From sequence record OR842557: a stretch of DNA of 64,000 bases; one strand, written 5' to 3'. The stretch comes from Escherichia phage 04086. The notes under the pieces were generated by a model that was given only the letters and a program-made list of their open reading frames with translations, was not told where the DNA came from and did no database searches. Position 1 is the stretch's first letter, and every line of letters begins with the position of its first letter. A program made the translations under genes and the position numbers. Shown here one piece after another: positions 12,821 to 20,007 of this stretch.

Positions 12821-13375
12821 ATGAGCCAGTTCTTTGAAGAGCGTAAGTTTTATAAGTTCGTCGGTGAATACACTAAAAACAAATTCACTAATAACGGTGC
12901 TTACGGCCTCAATACAGCTTTTGCCAAGTATGTAGGTATGAACCCGTTTGAAGTTGAAATTGATTACCATAACGGGAAGCCACGTGTAAGCCGAATTCGT
13001 GTATACGATGAGTTGATGTTTGTTGACCTGAGCAAAATCACAGGTAATCCCGACGATGCAACTAGTGTTCTTTTTAATTCAGTAGGCGCCTTTGCCCATG
13101 AATTCGAATACTTTATTGAAGTAGTACGTCCACTGGCTACTACGAGTATTGCTGTAAAGCCAGAACCTAAGCCAGTAAAAGCTACAGCCGATTGGAAAGT
13201 GCTTATTGTTAAAAATGGTAAGATTGAAGTTCATTCTCGCCATAACACAAAGGAACAAGCCGATCGTCAGGCCGAAGAGCTTTTGACCAGCTCGTTCCAA
13301 CAAGTGTGTTATATTGTTAAAGGCGATGTTACCCAAGCTACCACTACCAAACAACTTAAGTTGGAGACCATCTAA
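12821..13375 (+). CDS. Hypothetical protein (184 aa)
   Basis: ORF with RBS gaggaaatcgaaATG. Confidence 0.55.
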   Translation: MSQFFEERKFYKFVGEYTKNKFTNNGAYGLNTAFAKYVGMNPFEVEIDYHNGKPRVSRIRVYDELMFVDLSKITGNPDDATSVLFNSVGAFAHEFEYFIEVVRPLATTSIAVKPEPKPVKATADWKVLIVKNGKIEVHSRHNTKEQADRQAEELLTSSFQQVCYIVKGDVTQATTTKQLKLETI

Positions 13376-13611
13376 TGCTGAGCGAACAACCTATTACTGT
13401 AGAGCAGTTCCACGTTAAAGTTAAAGAATTTGCTCAAGCCCTGATTAATAAGGTTTCTGTACGTTTTCCTGACGCAACTCTGCGAGTAATCCAGGAATCA
13501 CCGCGCGCGGTATTGGTTATCGTTAATCCTAAAAATGGCGACCAAATTACCCAGTTGAAACTCGGTTCAGATGGTTTGGTCGAAGCGCAGAGGGTGTATA
13601 TTGATGCTTAA
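13375..13611 (+). CDS. Hypothetical protein (78 aa)
   Basis: Start overlaps preceding stop. Confidence 0.5.
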   Translation: MLSEQPITVEQFHVKVKEFAQALINKVSVRFPDATLRVIQESPRAVLVIVNPKNGDQITQLKLGSDGLVEAQRVYIDA

Positions 13612-13942
13612 TTTAAAACTAGCAGTTAATGCCACCTTACAATCTGACGAAGACGGAGACCATCGAGGTCTCTCTGAAAAGGCTACTCAGTACATCAAAG
13701 ACCTTTTTAAACTGAGTGAAGATTTCCAAAGCATCCATACTTCAACATATGATGCTGTGCTGGCTACTGTTCTTCCGGTTGAAATTGGTGATCGAATTCC
13801 GGCAGCGGTATTTTTCGATAAACAAAAACGCTTCCCAGACGGTTATGGTATATTAACCTCACGTGTGAAATCTATCACTAAACTTCGTACCGATTTATAT
13901 CGTGTCGAAACCAATAATACAGCTTATCTAGTGGTGATGTAA
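13604..13942 (+). CDS. Hypothetical protein (112 aa)
   Basis: ATG at 13604; ends at cd start (ATGA-type overlap). Confidence 0.5.
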   Translation: MLNLKLAVNATLQSDEDGDHRGLSEKATQYIKDLFKLSEDFQSIHTSTYDAVLATVLPVEIGDRIPAAVFFDKQKRFPDGYGILTSRVKSITKLRTDLYRVETNNTAYLVVM

Positions 13943-14714
13943 TGAAAGCAAGCACATACCTTCAGATTGCATATCTGATTTCTCAAGAATCAAAATGTTG
14001 TTCATGGAAAGTGGGTGCGGTTATCGAAAAGAATGGTCGCATTATCTCTACAGGCTATAATGGTTCACCATCCGGTGGTGTTAACTGTTGTGACCACGCT
14101 GTGGAACAAGACTGGACCCGTGTTGTGTATGACCCAGCGCGGATGTCGCATAAATCTGTTCTTCTTAAAGAACACCGCATGGCTCACGCTGCATGGTCAT
14201 CTAAAAATGAAATCCATGCCGAACTGAATGCTATTTTGTTTGCAGCTCGTACCGGAAGTTCTATTGATGGCGCTACGATGTANATAACGGTTCGCCTTCT
14301 GGTGGTGTTAACTGTTGTGACCATGCTGTGGAACAAGACTGGACCCGTGTTGTGTATGACCCAGCGCGGATGTCGCATAAATCTGTTCTTCTTAAAGAAC
14401 ACCGCATGGCTCACGCTGCATGGTCATCTAAAAATGAAATCCATGCCGAACTGAATGCTATTTTGTTTGCAGCTCGTACCGGAAGTTCTATTGATGGCGC
14501 TACGATGTACGTGACGTTATCTCCGTGCGCTGATTGTGCTAAGTCTATTGCGCAGTCCGGAATTAAAACATTGGTTTATGCTGAGCTCTATGACCGAAAT
14601 CCTGAAGGTTGGGACGATATCCTCCGTGAATCAGGCATCGAAGTTATCCAGTATAATCGTACAGGTCTCCGTTCTTTGAACTGGGAATCAATTCAAAACT
14701 ATTGCGGTGAATAA
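13942..14714 (+). CDS. cd: dCMP deaminase; frame broken by duplication at n 14283
   Basis: MKASTYLQIAYLISQESKCCSWKVGAVIEKNGRIISTGYNGSP.GGVNCCD ... HAELNAILFAAR.GSSI.GATMYVTLSPC.DCAK.IAQSGIK matches T4 Cd (zinc-binding HAE and PCxxC motifs). Confidence 0.85.
14060..14520. repeat. Direct duplication (~225 bp x2, n at 14283) inside cd; copies are slightly divergent
   Basis: Repeated GGVNCCDHAVEQDWTRVVYDPARMSHKSVLLKEHRMAHAAWSSKNEIHAELNAILFAARTGSSIDGATM. Confidence 0.9.
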
Positions 14715-15019
14715 TGAATATTTTATTTGAAAAACCTAAACAAGTGGTTACTGTTGATTACACAGATACATTTATTGATGCTCTTCTCCAAAAAGGTATC
14801 AAATCTATTAAAGTAGGTCCACTTTATGTTATTGAACAGCTTAAAGGCAATTCTACTGGCGAAATTTCGACTCATTCTACTAGTGATATCGAATATGTTA
14901 TTGACCAATTGGTAAATGTAAACCCAGAATTGGTATTAGTCCGTGAAGTTCGTAAAGAAACTCGTGGCGGCGAAACCAAGTATATTGTCCGCATTGATTA
15001 TATAAAAATCGAAGGCTAA
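14714..15019 (+). CDS. Hypothetical protein (101 aa)
   Basis: ORF overlapping cd stop. Confidence 0.5.
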   Translation: MNILFEKPKQVVTVDYTDTFIDALLQKGIKSIKVGPLYVIEQLKGNSTGEISTHSTSDIEYVIDQLVNVNPELVLVREVRKETRGGETKYIVRIDYIKIEG

Positions 15020-15042
15020 GCATCCTAATTGAAGGAAACAAA

Positions 15043-15276
15043 ATGAAATTTCGTTTAGTTAAGTTTTCAGGTCTGAACTCAAAAGGTGAAAACCTGATAG
15101 CTTATTCAGTAGAATATAAAAAGTACTTTTTCTCTCGTTGGAAATCGTACTATAAATCCGAGTGGGTTCGCGCTGAAATGAAATATAAAACGGTGCCTAT
15201 TCTTGATAATTGCCATAGCCTATTAAGAGCTCTAAAAGAGCGTAATGCAACCACTATCAAAACTATTCTGGAATAA
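15043..15276 (+). CDS. Hypothetical protein (77 aa)
   Basis: RBS gaaggaaacaaaATG. Confidence 0.45.
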   Translation: MKFRLVKFSGLNSKGENLIAYSVEYKKYFFSRWKSYYKSEWVRAEMKYKTVPILDNCHSLLRALKERNATTIKTILE

Positions 15277-15278
15277 TT

Positions 15279-15578
15279 ATGATTTTAACCGAACAAGAAA
15301 CTATTCGTCTCCGTGAAAAAGTCAAGACTATTTTGTCTGTTGGTTTTCACGAAGTCCTGTTTGAAAAAGCTGATGGTAGTGCCCGTCGTATGACTTGTAC
15401 TCGCGACTTAGACCTGCTGCCGTATAAAGAAGTCCAGGCCCCTGGGCCAGAAGCCAATAAAGAACCTGTTAATTATATCAGAGTATTTGATACCAAGGTT
15501 AATGATTGGCGCTCATTCCGTTTCGATAAGCTGATTTCTATTAACGGCCTTCAGACTGAAACTCTGCTTGTCCTGTAA
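15279..15578 (+). CDS. Hypothetical protein (99 aa)
   Basis: ORF tightly packed after previous one. Confidence 0.5.
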   Translation: MILTEQETIRLREKVKTILSVGFHEVLFEKADGSARRMTCTRDLDLLPYKEVQAPGPEANKEPVNYIRVFDTKVNDWRSFRFDKLISINGLQTETLLVL

Positions 15579-15580
15579 TA

Positions 15581-15605
15581 TGCTTTAAGAATAGCGTGTT
15601 ATTAT
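15581..15605 (+). promoter_or_regulatory. Candidate MotA-dependent middle promoter (TGCTTTA box, 12 nt, TATTAT) for gene 31
   Basis: MotA-box-like motif at correct spacing from a -10-like hexamer, ~30 nt upstream of gene 31 ATG. Confidence 0.5.
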
Positions 15606-15636
15606 TAATCTATCAACAAAACAATATGGATTAAAT

Positions 15637-15960
15637 ATGGAACTTCCTATTAAAGCGGTCGGAGAATATGTTATTCTCGTTTCCGAACCAAAACAAGCTG
15701 GTGATGAAGAAACTACTGCATCTGGTATCGTTATTGGCAAACTTCATCAAGGTGAAATCCCTGAACTTTGTGAAATTTATTCTGTAGGACCTGATGTCCC
15801 TGAAGATTTTTGTGAAGTAGGCGATTTGACTCCACTTCCTGTTGGTAAGATTGCTAACGTGCCTCATCCGTTGGTTGCATTGGGTATTAAACAACCTAAA
15901 GAAATTAAACAAAAATTCGTTACCTGTCACTATAAAGCTATTCCTTGCCTTTATAAGTGA
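15637..15960 (+). CDS. 31: Co-chaperonin (GroES-like) Gp31
   Basis: 107 aa; strong match to T4 gp31 ([21 protein letters not shown]...[18 protein letters not shown]...[32 protein letters not shown]). Confidence 0.85.
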   Translation: MELPIKAVGEYVILVSEPKQAGDEETTASGIVIGKLHQGEIPELCEIYSVGPDVPEDFCEVGDLTPLPVGKIANVPHPLVALGIKQPKEIKQKFVTCHYKAIPCLYK

Positions 15961-15968
15961 TATAAATA
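15961..15968 (+). promoter_or_regulatory. TATAAATA late-promoter-like box between 31 and rIII
   Basis: Exact octamer; about 140 nt upstream of rIII ATG, so assignment is uncertain. Confidence 0.35.
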
Positions 15969-16106
15969 ATAATATGGATTGGCTGCCGGACTAGTTAGTT
16001 AACCGGAGAATCCTAAGCGGTGGACTACAACTGAGAGACTTGCCGAAAGGAAGTGAAATTCAGAAGAACGTGTCCACCAATCTTTATCTCGAATTGAGAA
16101 ACTAAA

Positions 16107-16355
16107 ATGAACAAACAATTGAATCACGCTCTTGAACTGCAACGCAACGCTTGGAACAACGGTCACGAAAACTACGGCGCATCTATTGATGTTGAAGCCG
16201 AAGCACTGGAAATCCTGCGTTATTTCAAACATCTGAATCCTGCTCAGGCTACTCTGGCTGCTGAACTGGAAGCTAAAGATGAACTGAAATTTGCTAAGCC
16301 TTTGGCTTCAGCAGCTCGTAAAGCAGTACGTCATTTTATTATTACCCTGAAGTAA
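16107..16355 (+). CDS. rIII: Lysis inhibition accessory protein rIII
   Basis: 82 aa; near-identical to recalled T4 RIII (MNKQLNHALELQRNAWNNGHENYGASIDVEAEALEILRYFKHLNPAQATLAAELE.KDELKFAKPLASAAR.AVRHF..TLK). Confidence 0.85.
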   Translation: MNKQLNHALELQRNAWNNGHENYGASIDVEAEALEILRYFKHLNPAQATLAAELEAKDELKFAKPLASAARKAVRHFIITLK

Positions 16356-16430
16356 GTTAAATCGAGGAGCCGTCGAACTGTTTGATTAATGATTTGCGAA
16401 TCATTATAGTTTTAAGACCCCAACAGTTTT

Positions 16431-16462
16431 ACGGTGTACCTCTTGAATGTATTTTGTACTAT
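16431..16462 (+). promoter_or_regulatory. Possible early promoter (GGTGTACC, 16 nt, TACTAT), same architecture as the one at 16831
   Basis: Shared ggtgtac...tactat layout with the promoter upstream of 16901 ORF. Confidence 0.35.
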
Positions 16463-16617
16463 CACGCGTCAGAAAAAGGTTATCTGTCTAAGTCGTGGTT
16501 GGTATGATGACGAGGTTTATGGTTATCCTGTCGTTAAATATCCGAAACCTATGTTCCCCTTGAGGGCTTGCGCAGGCAACGCTAATAAGTCCTGCATCCT
16601 AATTTAAGAGATTTAAA

Positions 16618-16779
16618 ATGGCTAAGAAAGAAGTTAAAGTAGTTGACGGTACCTCTAAACGCGCTGGTTACAAGCGTGCGTCCAACAAGCGTATCAATCA
16701 GGTAGTTGATAAGCTTCAAGCTCGTGCTCGTGCAGTATTGCGTGCAGATGCTGCTTGCTTTGGTAAGCCTCAGGCATAA
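16618..16779 (+). CDS. Small basic protein (53 aa), not in ORF track
   Basis: ATG at 16618 (MAKKEVKVVDGTSKRAGYKRASNKRINQVVDKLQARARAVLRADAACFGKPQA*), followed 6 nt later by a strong terminator hairpin. Confidence 0.45.
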   Translation: MAKKEVKVVDGTSKRAGYKRASNKRINQVVDKLQARARAVLRADAACFGKPQA

Positions 16780-16784
16780 GTTAT

Positions 16785-16809
16785 GGGACTCTTCGGAGTC
16801 CCATTTTTG
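16785..16809 (+). terminator. Rho-independent terminator (GGGACUC-UUCG-GAGUCCC + AUUUUUG)
   Basis: 7-bp GC-rich stem, UUCG tetraloop, U tract. Confidence 0.75.
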
Positions 16810-16830
16810 TTTCTAAATCTTTAAAAAAGG

Positions 16831-16859
16831 GTGTACATCTCCGGTAGGCATGATACTAT
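16831..16859 (+). promoter_or_regulatory. Early promoter (GTGTACA, 16 nt, TACTAT) within promoter/stem-loop cassette
   Basis: Inverted repeat tgtacat...atgtacc brackets the promoter; followed by aaactggagaataaaATG module. Confidence 0.5.
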
Positions 16860-16900
16860 AGACATGTACCAAATAATACTAAAACAAACTGGAGAATAAA

Positions 16901-17233
16901 ATGAAAACTGTAAATCTGAATGCATCTGTTAAAGCTAAATGTTTCAACGGTGAATATCAAGAAACCATGTGGGTCCTGACTGCAGTTGAAGGTGATATCA
17001 TCGAAGTTGAAACAACTGAAGGTATGGGTACTGATTTTACATTCACCATCGAGCTTCACAACTTCTTTACAGGTTGGATTTATGAACTGAAAACTGTAAT
17101 TACTGGTCGTATTGAAGAAAACAAAAATGGTGAATTCTATTATGTTAATGCCCGTACACGTGCTGAACGTCTGATTGCTCAGATGAAAAAAGTTGGTAAA
17201 CTTGATATGAAAAATTGGAATGTTGTGAAATAA
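16901..17233 (+). CDS. Hypothetical protein (110 aa)
   Basis: ORF with conserved initiation module aaactggagaataaaATG. Confidence 0.55.
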   Translation: MKTVNLNASVKAKCFNGEYQETMWVLTAVEGDIIEVETTEGMGTDFTFTIELHNFFTGWIYELKTVITGRIEENKNGEFYYVNARTRAERLIAQMKKVGKLDMKNWNVVK

Positions 17234-17237
17234 ATGT

Positions 17238-17266
17238 TTTACTTTGGTACAGGTTGTGTTATTATA
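17238..17266 (+). promoter_or_regulatory. Early promoter (TTTACT, 17 nt, ATTATA) embedded in 12-bp inverted repeat tttggtacaggt/acctgtaccaaa
   Basis: Perfect 12-bp inverted repeat flanks the -10; followed by aaactggagaataaaATG module. Confidence 0.55.
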
Positions 17267-17306
17267 GACCTGTACCAAATAATACGAAAACAAACTGGAG
17301 AATAAA

Positions 17307-17672
17307 ATGAACTACATCAACTTCGAACGTAAATATGTTTCTAACGGTATCGCTGGTTCTTCTGAAGTTATTTGCCTGTGGAAACACAACAACGGCGCGG
17401 TGTGCGAAATCGAACAGTGCATGACTCCTAACTACGTTTATATGCGCTTTGAAAATGGTATTACGGTTTCAATCACATTGGAAGGTTCTACTTTTAAAAT
17501 CGCTTTAGATGATGATTTCCGTCAACGTGATTTAGGTACCCATCCTTGCTGGAACGGTGTTAATCGTAAGCTTCTGGTTAAAACTTGGATTCGTCACATC
17601 CTGAGCAACCGAGCTAAACCTGAACACCTGGAAGCAATCTTTGATGTAGTTCTGAACGAATTCGACATCTAA
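17307..17672 (+). CDS. Hypothetical protein (121 aa)
   Basis: ORF with conserved initiation module aaactggagaataaaATG. Confidence 0.55.
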   Translation: MNYINFERKYVSNGIAGSSEVICLWKHNNGAVCEIEQCMTPNYVYMRFENGITVSITLEGSTFKIALDDDFRQRDLGTHPCWNGVNRKLLVKTWIRHILSNRAKPEHLEAIFDVVLNEFDI

Positions 17673-17683
17673 TCTTAAAAATG

Positions 17684-17702
17684 GAGGCTTCGGCCTCCTT
17701 TG
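17684..17702 (+). terminator. Stem-loop GGAGGC-UUCG-GCCUCC followed by UUUGAGG (weak terminator / RNA structure)
   Basis: 6-bp GC stem with UUCG loop right after 17307..17672 stop. Confidence 0.5.
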
Positions 17703-17713
17703 AGGAAAATATT

Positions 17714-18001
17714 ATGTTTATGACCACTTATTTTGATACTCGTAAAAATTTCTGTGAAGTTGTTTTCTCTAAAGCAGGTAAAGATGTTCCTGCCGACAAA
17801 CAACCTACTCGTGAATCTATTAAGGCTTATGCCGATGTTGTATGCCCGGTAGAATTCCGTACTGTTAATGGTCGTGATACCCTAGCAATCACTAAGCTAA
17901 ACCATGATATCAATATCGACCCAAGTGTCGCCCGTGAAGTCAATACCTCTGACATCTATGGTGGTAATGTTAAATCACATGGCTTTCAGATGAGGTTCTA
18001 A
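17714..18001 (+). CDS. Hypothetical protein (95 aa from ATG 17714)
   Basis: ATG 17714 preceded by GAGGaaaatatt; the longer track ORF from 17681 would begin inside the hairpin. Confidence 0.5.
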   Translation: MFMTTYFDTRKNFCEVVFSKAGKDVPADKQPTRESIKAYADVVCPVEFRTVNGRDTLAITKLNHDINIDPSVAREVNTSDIYGGNVKSHGFQMRF

Positions 18002-18195
18002 TGCAACTATTCTTATCACAAACTGTTCAGCTAAAAGGTGTAGGTATTCCTGGAATGATTTCAAAGGTTCTACCTGCTTTTAAATTAGGTAATGTTACTA
18101 TTAAAGAAGCCTACACCGTCCTATGGGTCGATGGAACTGAAGATGTTCGCATGGGTGGTGAACTGTCTGTAATCAAATGTTTAAAGCGAGGATAA
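18001..18195 (+). CDS. Hypothetical small protein (64 aa)
   Basis: ORF overlapping previous stop. Confidence 0.4.
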   Translation: MQLFLSQTVQLKGVGIPGMISKVLPAFKLGNVTIKEAYTVLWVDGTEDVRMGGELSVIKCLKRG

Positions 18196-18196
18196 T

Positions 18197-18409
18197 ATGG
18201 TTAAGAAATTGATTCAGAAATTATTAGGTACGGAAATGGTCGAAGTGACTTATCGTGTAACTGATTTATCTCCTGTGCATCCGCAAGATGAACCATATAC
18301 TAAAACAATTAAAATGCTGAAATCTGATGGCGGATTATCTATTGAAGACCGTCTACCTGGTTATGGTCATTGGGCTGATGTCGAAATTATAAGTGTCAAA
18401 GATATTTAA
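18197..18409 (+). CDS. Hypothetical 70-aa protein, paralog A
   Basis: MVKKLIQKLLGTEMVEVTYRVTDLSP...; RBS aagcGAGGataat. Confidence 0.5.
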   Translation: MVKKLIQKLLGTEMVEVTYRVTDLSPVHPQDEPYTKTIKMLKSDGGLSIEDRLPGYGHWADVEIISVKDI

Positions 18410-18418
18410 GGAATCTTC

Positions 18419-18631
18419 ATGATTAAGAAATTATTTAAAAAGCTGTTTGGCTTGGAACTGGTTGAAGTGACTTATCGTGTTATTGATTTATCACCGCCAT
18501 ATGCTTGCGATGAAGATGCTATTAAAACTGTTGTTATGCGAAAAACATATCGCGGGCAGTCAATTAAAGAAAGATTGCCAGACCATGGCATGTGGTATGC
18601 AACCAAGATTATCGGTGTCAAAGATGTCTGA
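18419..18631 (+). CDS. Hypothetical 70-aa protein, paralog B
   Basis: MIKKLFKKLFGLELVEVTYRVIDLSP...; same length and clearly homologous to 18197..18409. Confidence 0.5.
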   Translation: MIKKLFKKLFGLELVEVTYRVIDLSPPYACDEDAIKTVVMRKTYRGQSIKERLPDHGMWYATKIIGVKDV

Positions 18632-19082
18632 GTTAGAAATAAGAAGCAATTTTCCATGGCCATCATGTGCATTAAGTAACTTTGCTAAATGGCCTTTCGT
18701 TATGGATGGTATCCAATTTGGTGGGCTCGAAGGATTCCTCCAAGGATGTAAGGTGAGAAATCATGAACAACAAAAACGTATATTTGGGATGTCCGGTCTG
18801 GCAGCACAAAAAGCTGGACGAACTTATGCTAGGGCTCAGGACCGTGGCACGTTGTTCTGGCTTGGAACTCCCATTTCAAGATACTCTACAGCATGGAAAG
18901 AGTTGTACGAAAATGCTTATTTTGAAGCAGCGATCCAAAACCCAGGATTCCGCGACGCATTACAAGCTACAAAGGGCAAAGTTTTAAAGCATTCGATGGC
19001 GAGCCACCTTACAGAATGTGATACAATACTAACTGAAAAAGAGTTTATCGACATCCTAAACAAATTGAGAGATTTATTATGA
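18624..19082 (+). CDS. NADAR (YbiA/DUF1768)-like protein
   Basis: ATG 18624 overlaps previous stop (ATGTCTGA); LSNFAKWPFVMDG....LEGFLQGCK and FRDALQAT resemble the YbiA/NADAR motifs FSNFAAWP..VDG..W.S.EHYFQA.KF and LRALLLAT (recollection, not searched). Confidence 0.5.
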   Translation: MSELEIRSNFPWPSCALSNFAKWPFVMDGIQFGGLEGFLQGCKVRNHEQQKRIFGMSGLAAQKAGRTYARAQDRGTLFWLGTPISRYSTAWKELYENAYFEAAIQNPGFRDALQATKGKVLKHSMASHLTECDTILTEKEFIDILNKLRDLL

Positions 19083-19717
19083 AACCAGTTATCTTAACAG
19101 ATATCGATGGAGTATGTTTAAGTTGGCAGTCCGGCTTGCCTTATTTCGCACAGAAATATAATTTGCCTTTAGAACATATTTTGAATATGATTCAGGACGA
19201 ACGTTTCTTATCTCCGGGCGAGCTGTTTAATTGTGATAATGAATTAGGCGCTCGTTTAATCGAGAAATATAATCAGTCAGATTTTATTCGTTATCTGTCT
19301 CCTTACATGGACGCATTAAAACATATCAACAGGCTCAAAAAAGACTTCGATTTTGTAGCCGTGACTGCGCTAGGCGACTCAATTGATGCCCTGCTGAATA
19401 GACAATTCAATTTGAATGCTTTGTTCCCTGGCGCATTCAAGGAGATTCTGATGTGTGGTCATTCAGAATCAAAAGAAGACCTCTTCATAAGAGCTAAAAA
19501 TACGTACGGTAAACGTATTAAGTTTTATGTTGATGATTTGGCTCACCACTGTGATGCTGCATCTAATGTTCTCATGGATATCCAAGTTTATTGGTTAGCT
19601 CGTGGTGAACGTGACTTTAAACCTAATTTAGCCGTAAAGGTTAATTCATGGGACGATATCGCAGCAATCGAATCCCTTCGTAATAATGCCGCAGTTGAAT
19701 GGATTGCTCGAGGTTAA
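19079..19717 (+). CDS. HAD-superfamily hydrolase-like protein (possible nucleotidase/phosphatase)
   Basis: N-terminal ILTDIDGV (DxDG motif I of HAD enzymes); 212 aa. Confidence 0.5.
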   Translation: MKPVILTDIDGVCLSWQSGLPYFAQKYNLPLEHILNMIQDERFLSPGELFNCDNELGARLIEKYNQSDFIRYLSPYMDALKHINRLKKDFDFVAVTALGDSIDALLNRQFNLNALFPGAFKEILMCGHSESKEDLFIRAKNTYGKRIKFYVDDLAHHCDAASNVLMDIQVYWLARGERDFKPNLAVKVNSWDDIAAIESLRNNAAVEWIARG

Positions 19718-19718
19718 T

Positions 19719-19997
19719 ATGTTTGTAGTTCATACAATTTCAGACTATGGTCCTACCACTACAATGGATTATGGTCATGTAAACCAGTTTATTCGTCATG
19801 TGAATCATGATTACTCATTTGATGTAAATCCGGCTAAAGACCATCCTGTTTGGCGCGAATGCGTCGAACAGGGATTCATTTATGTCCACTTTATGTCCAA
19901 GTTCAAATCTGATGGGCGAATGAGATTTGTGTTCTCTTATCATAAGCGATTAGACTTGCTTTTGGCTGATGTGGCTTATAATAGAATCCATGACTAA
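19719..19997 (+). CDS. Hypothetical protein (92 aa)
   Basis: ATG at 19719 just after HAD-like stop. Confidence 0.45.
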   Translation: MFVVHTISDYGPTTTMDYGHVNQFIRHVNHDYSFDVNPAKDHPVWRECVEQGFIYVHFMSKFKSDGRMRFVFSYHKRLDLLLADVAYNRIHD

Positions 19998-20007
19998 TGA
20001 GGTGATT

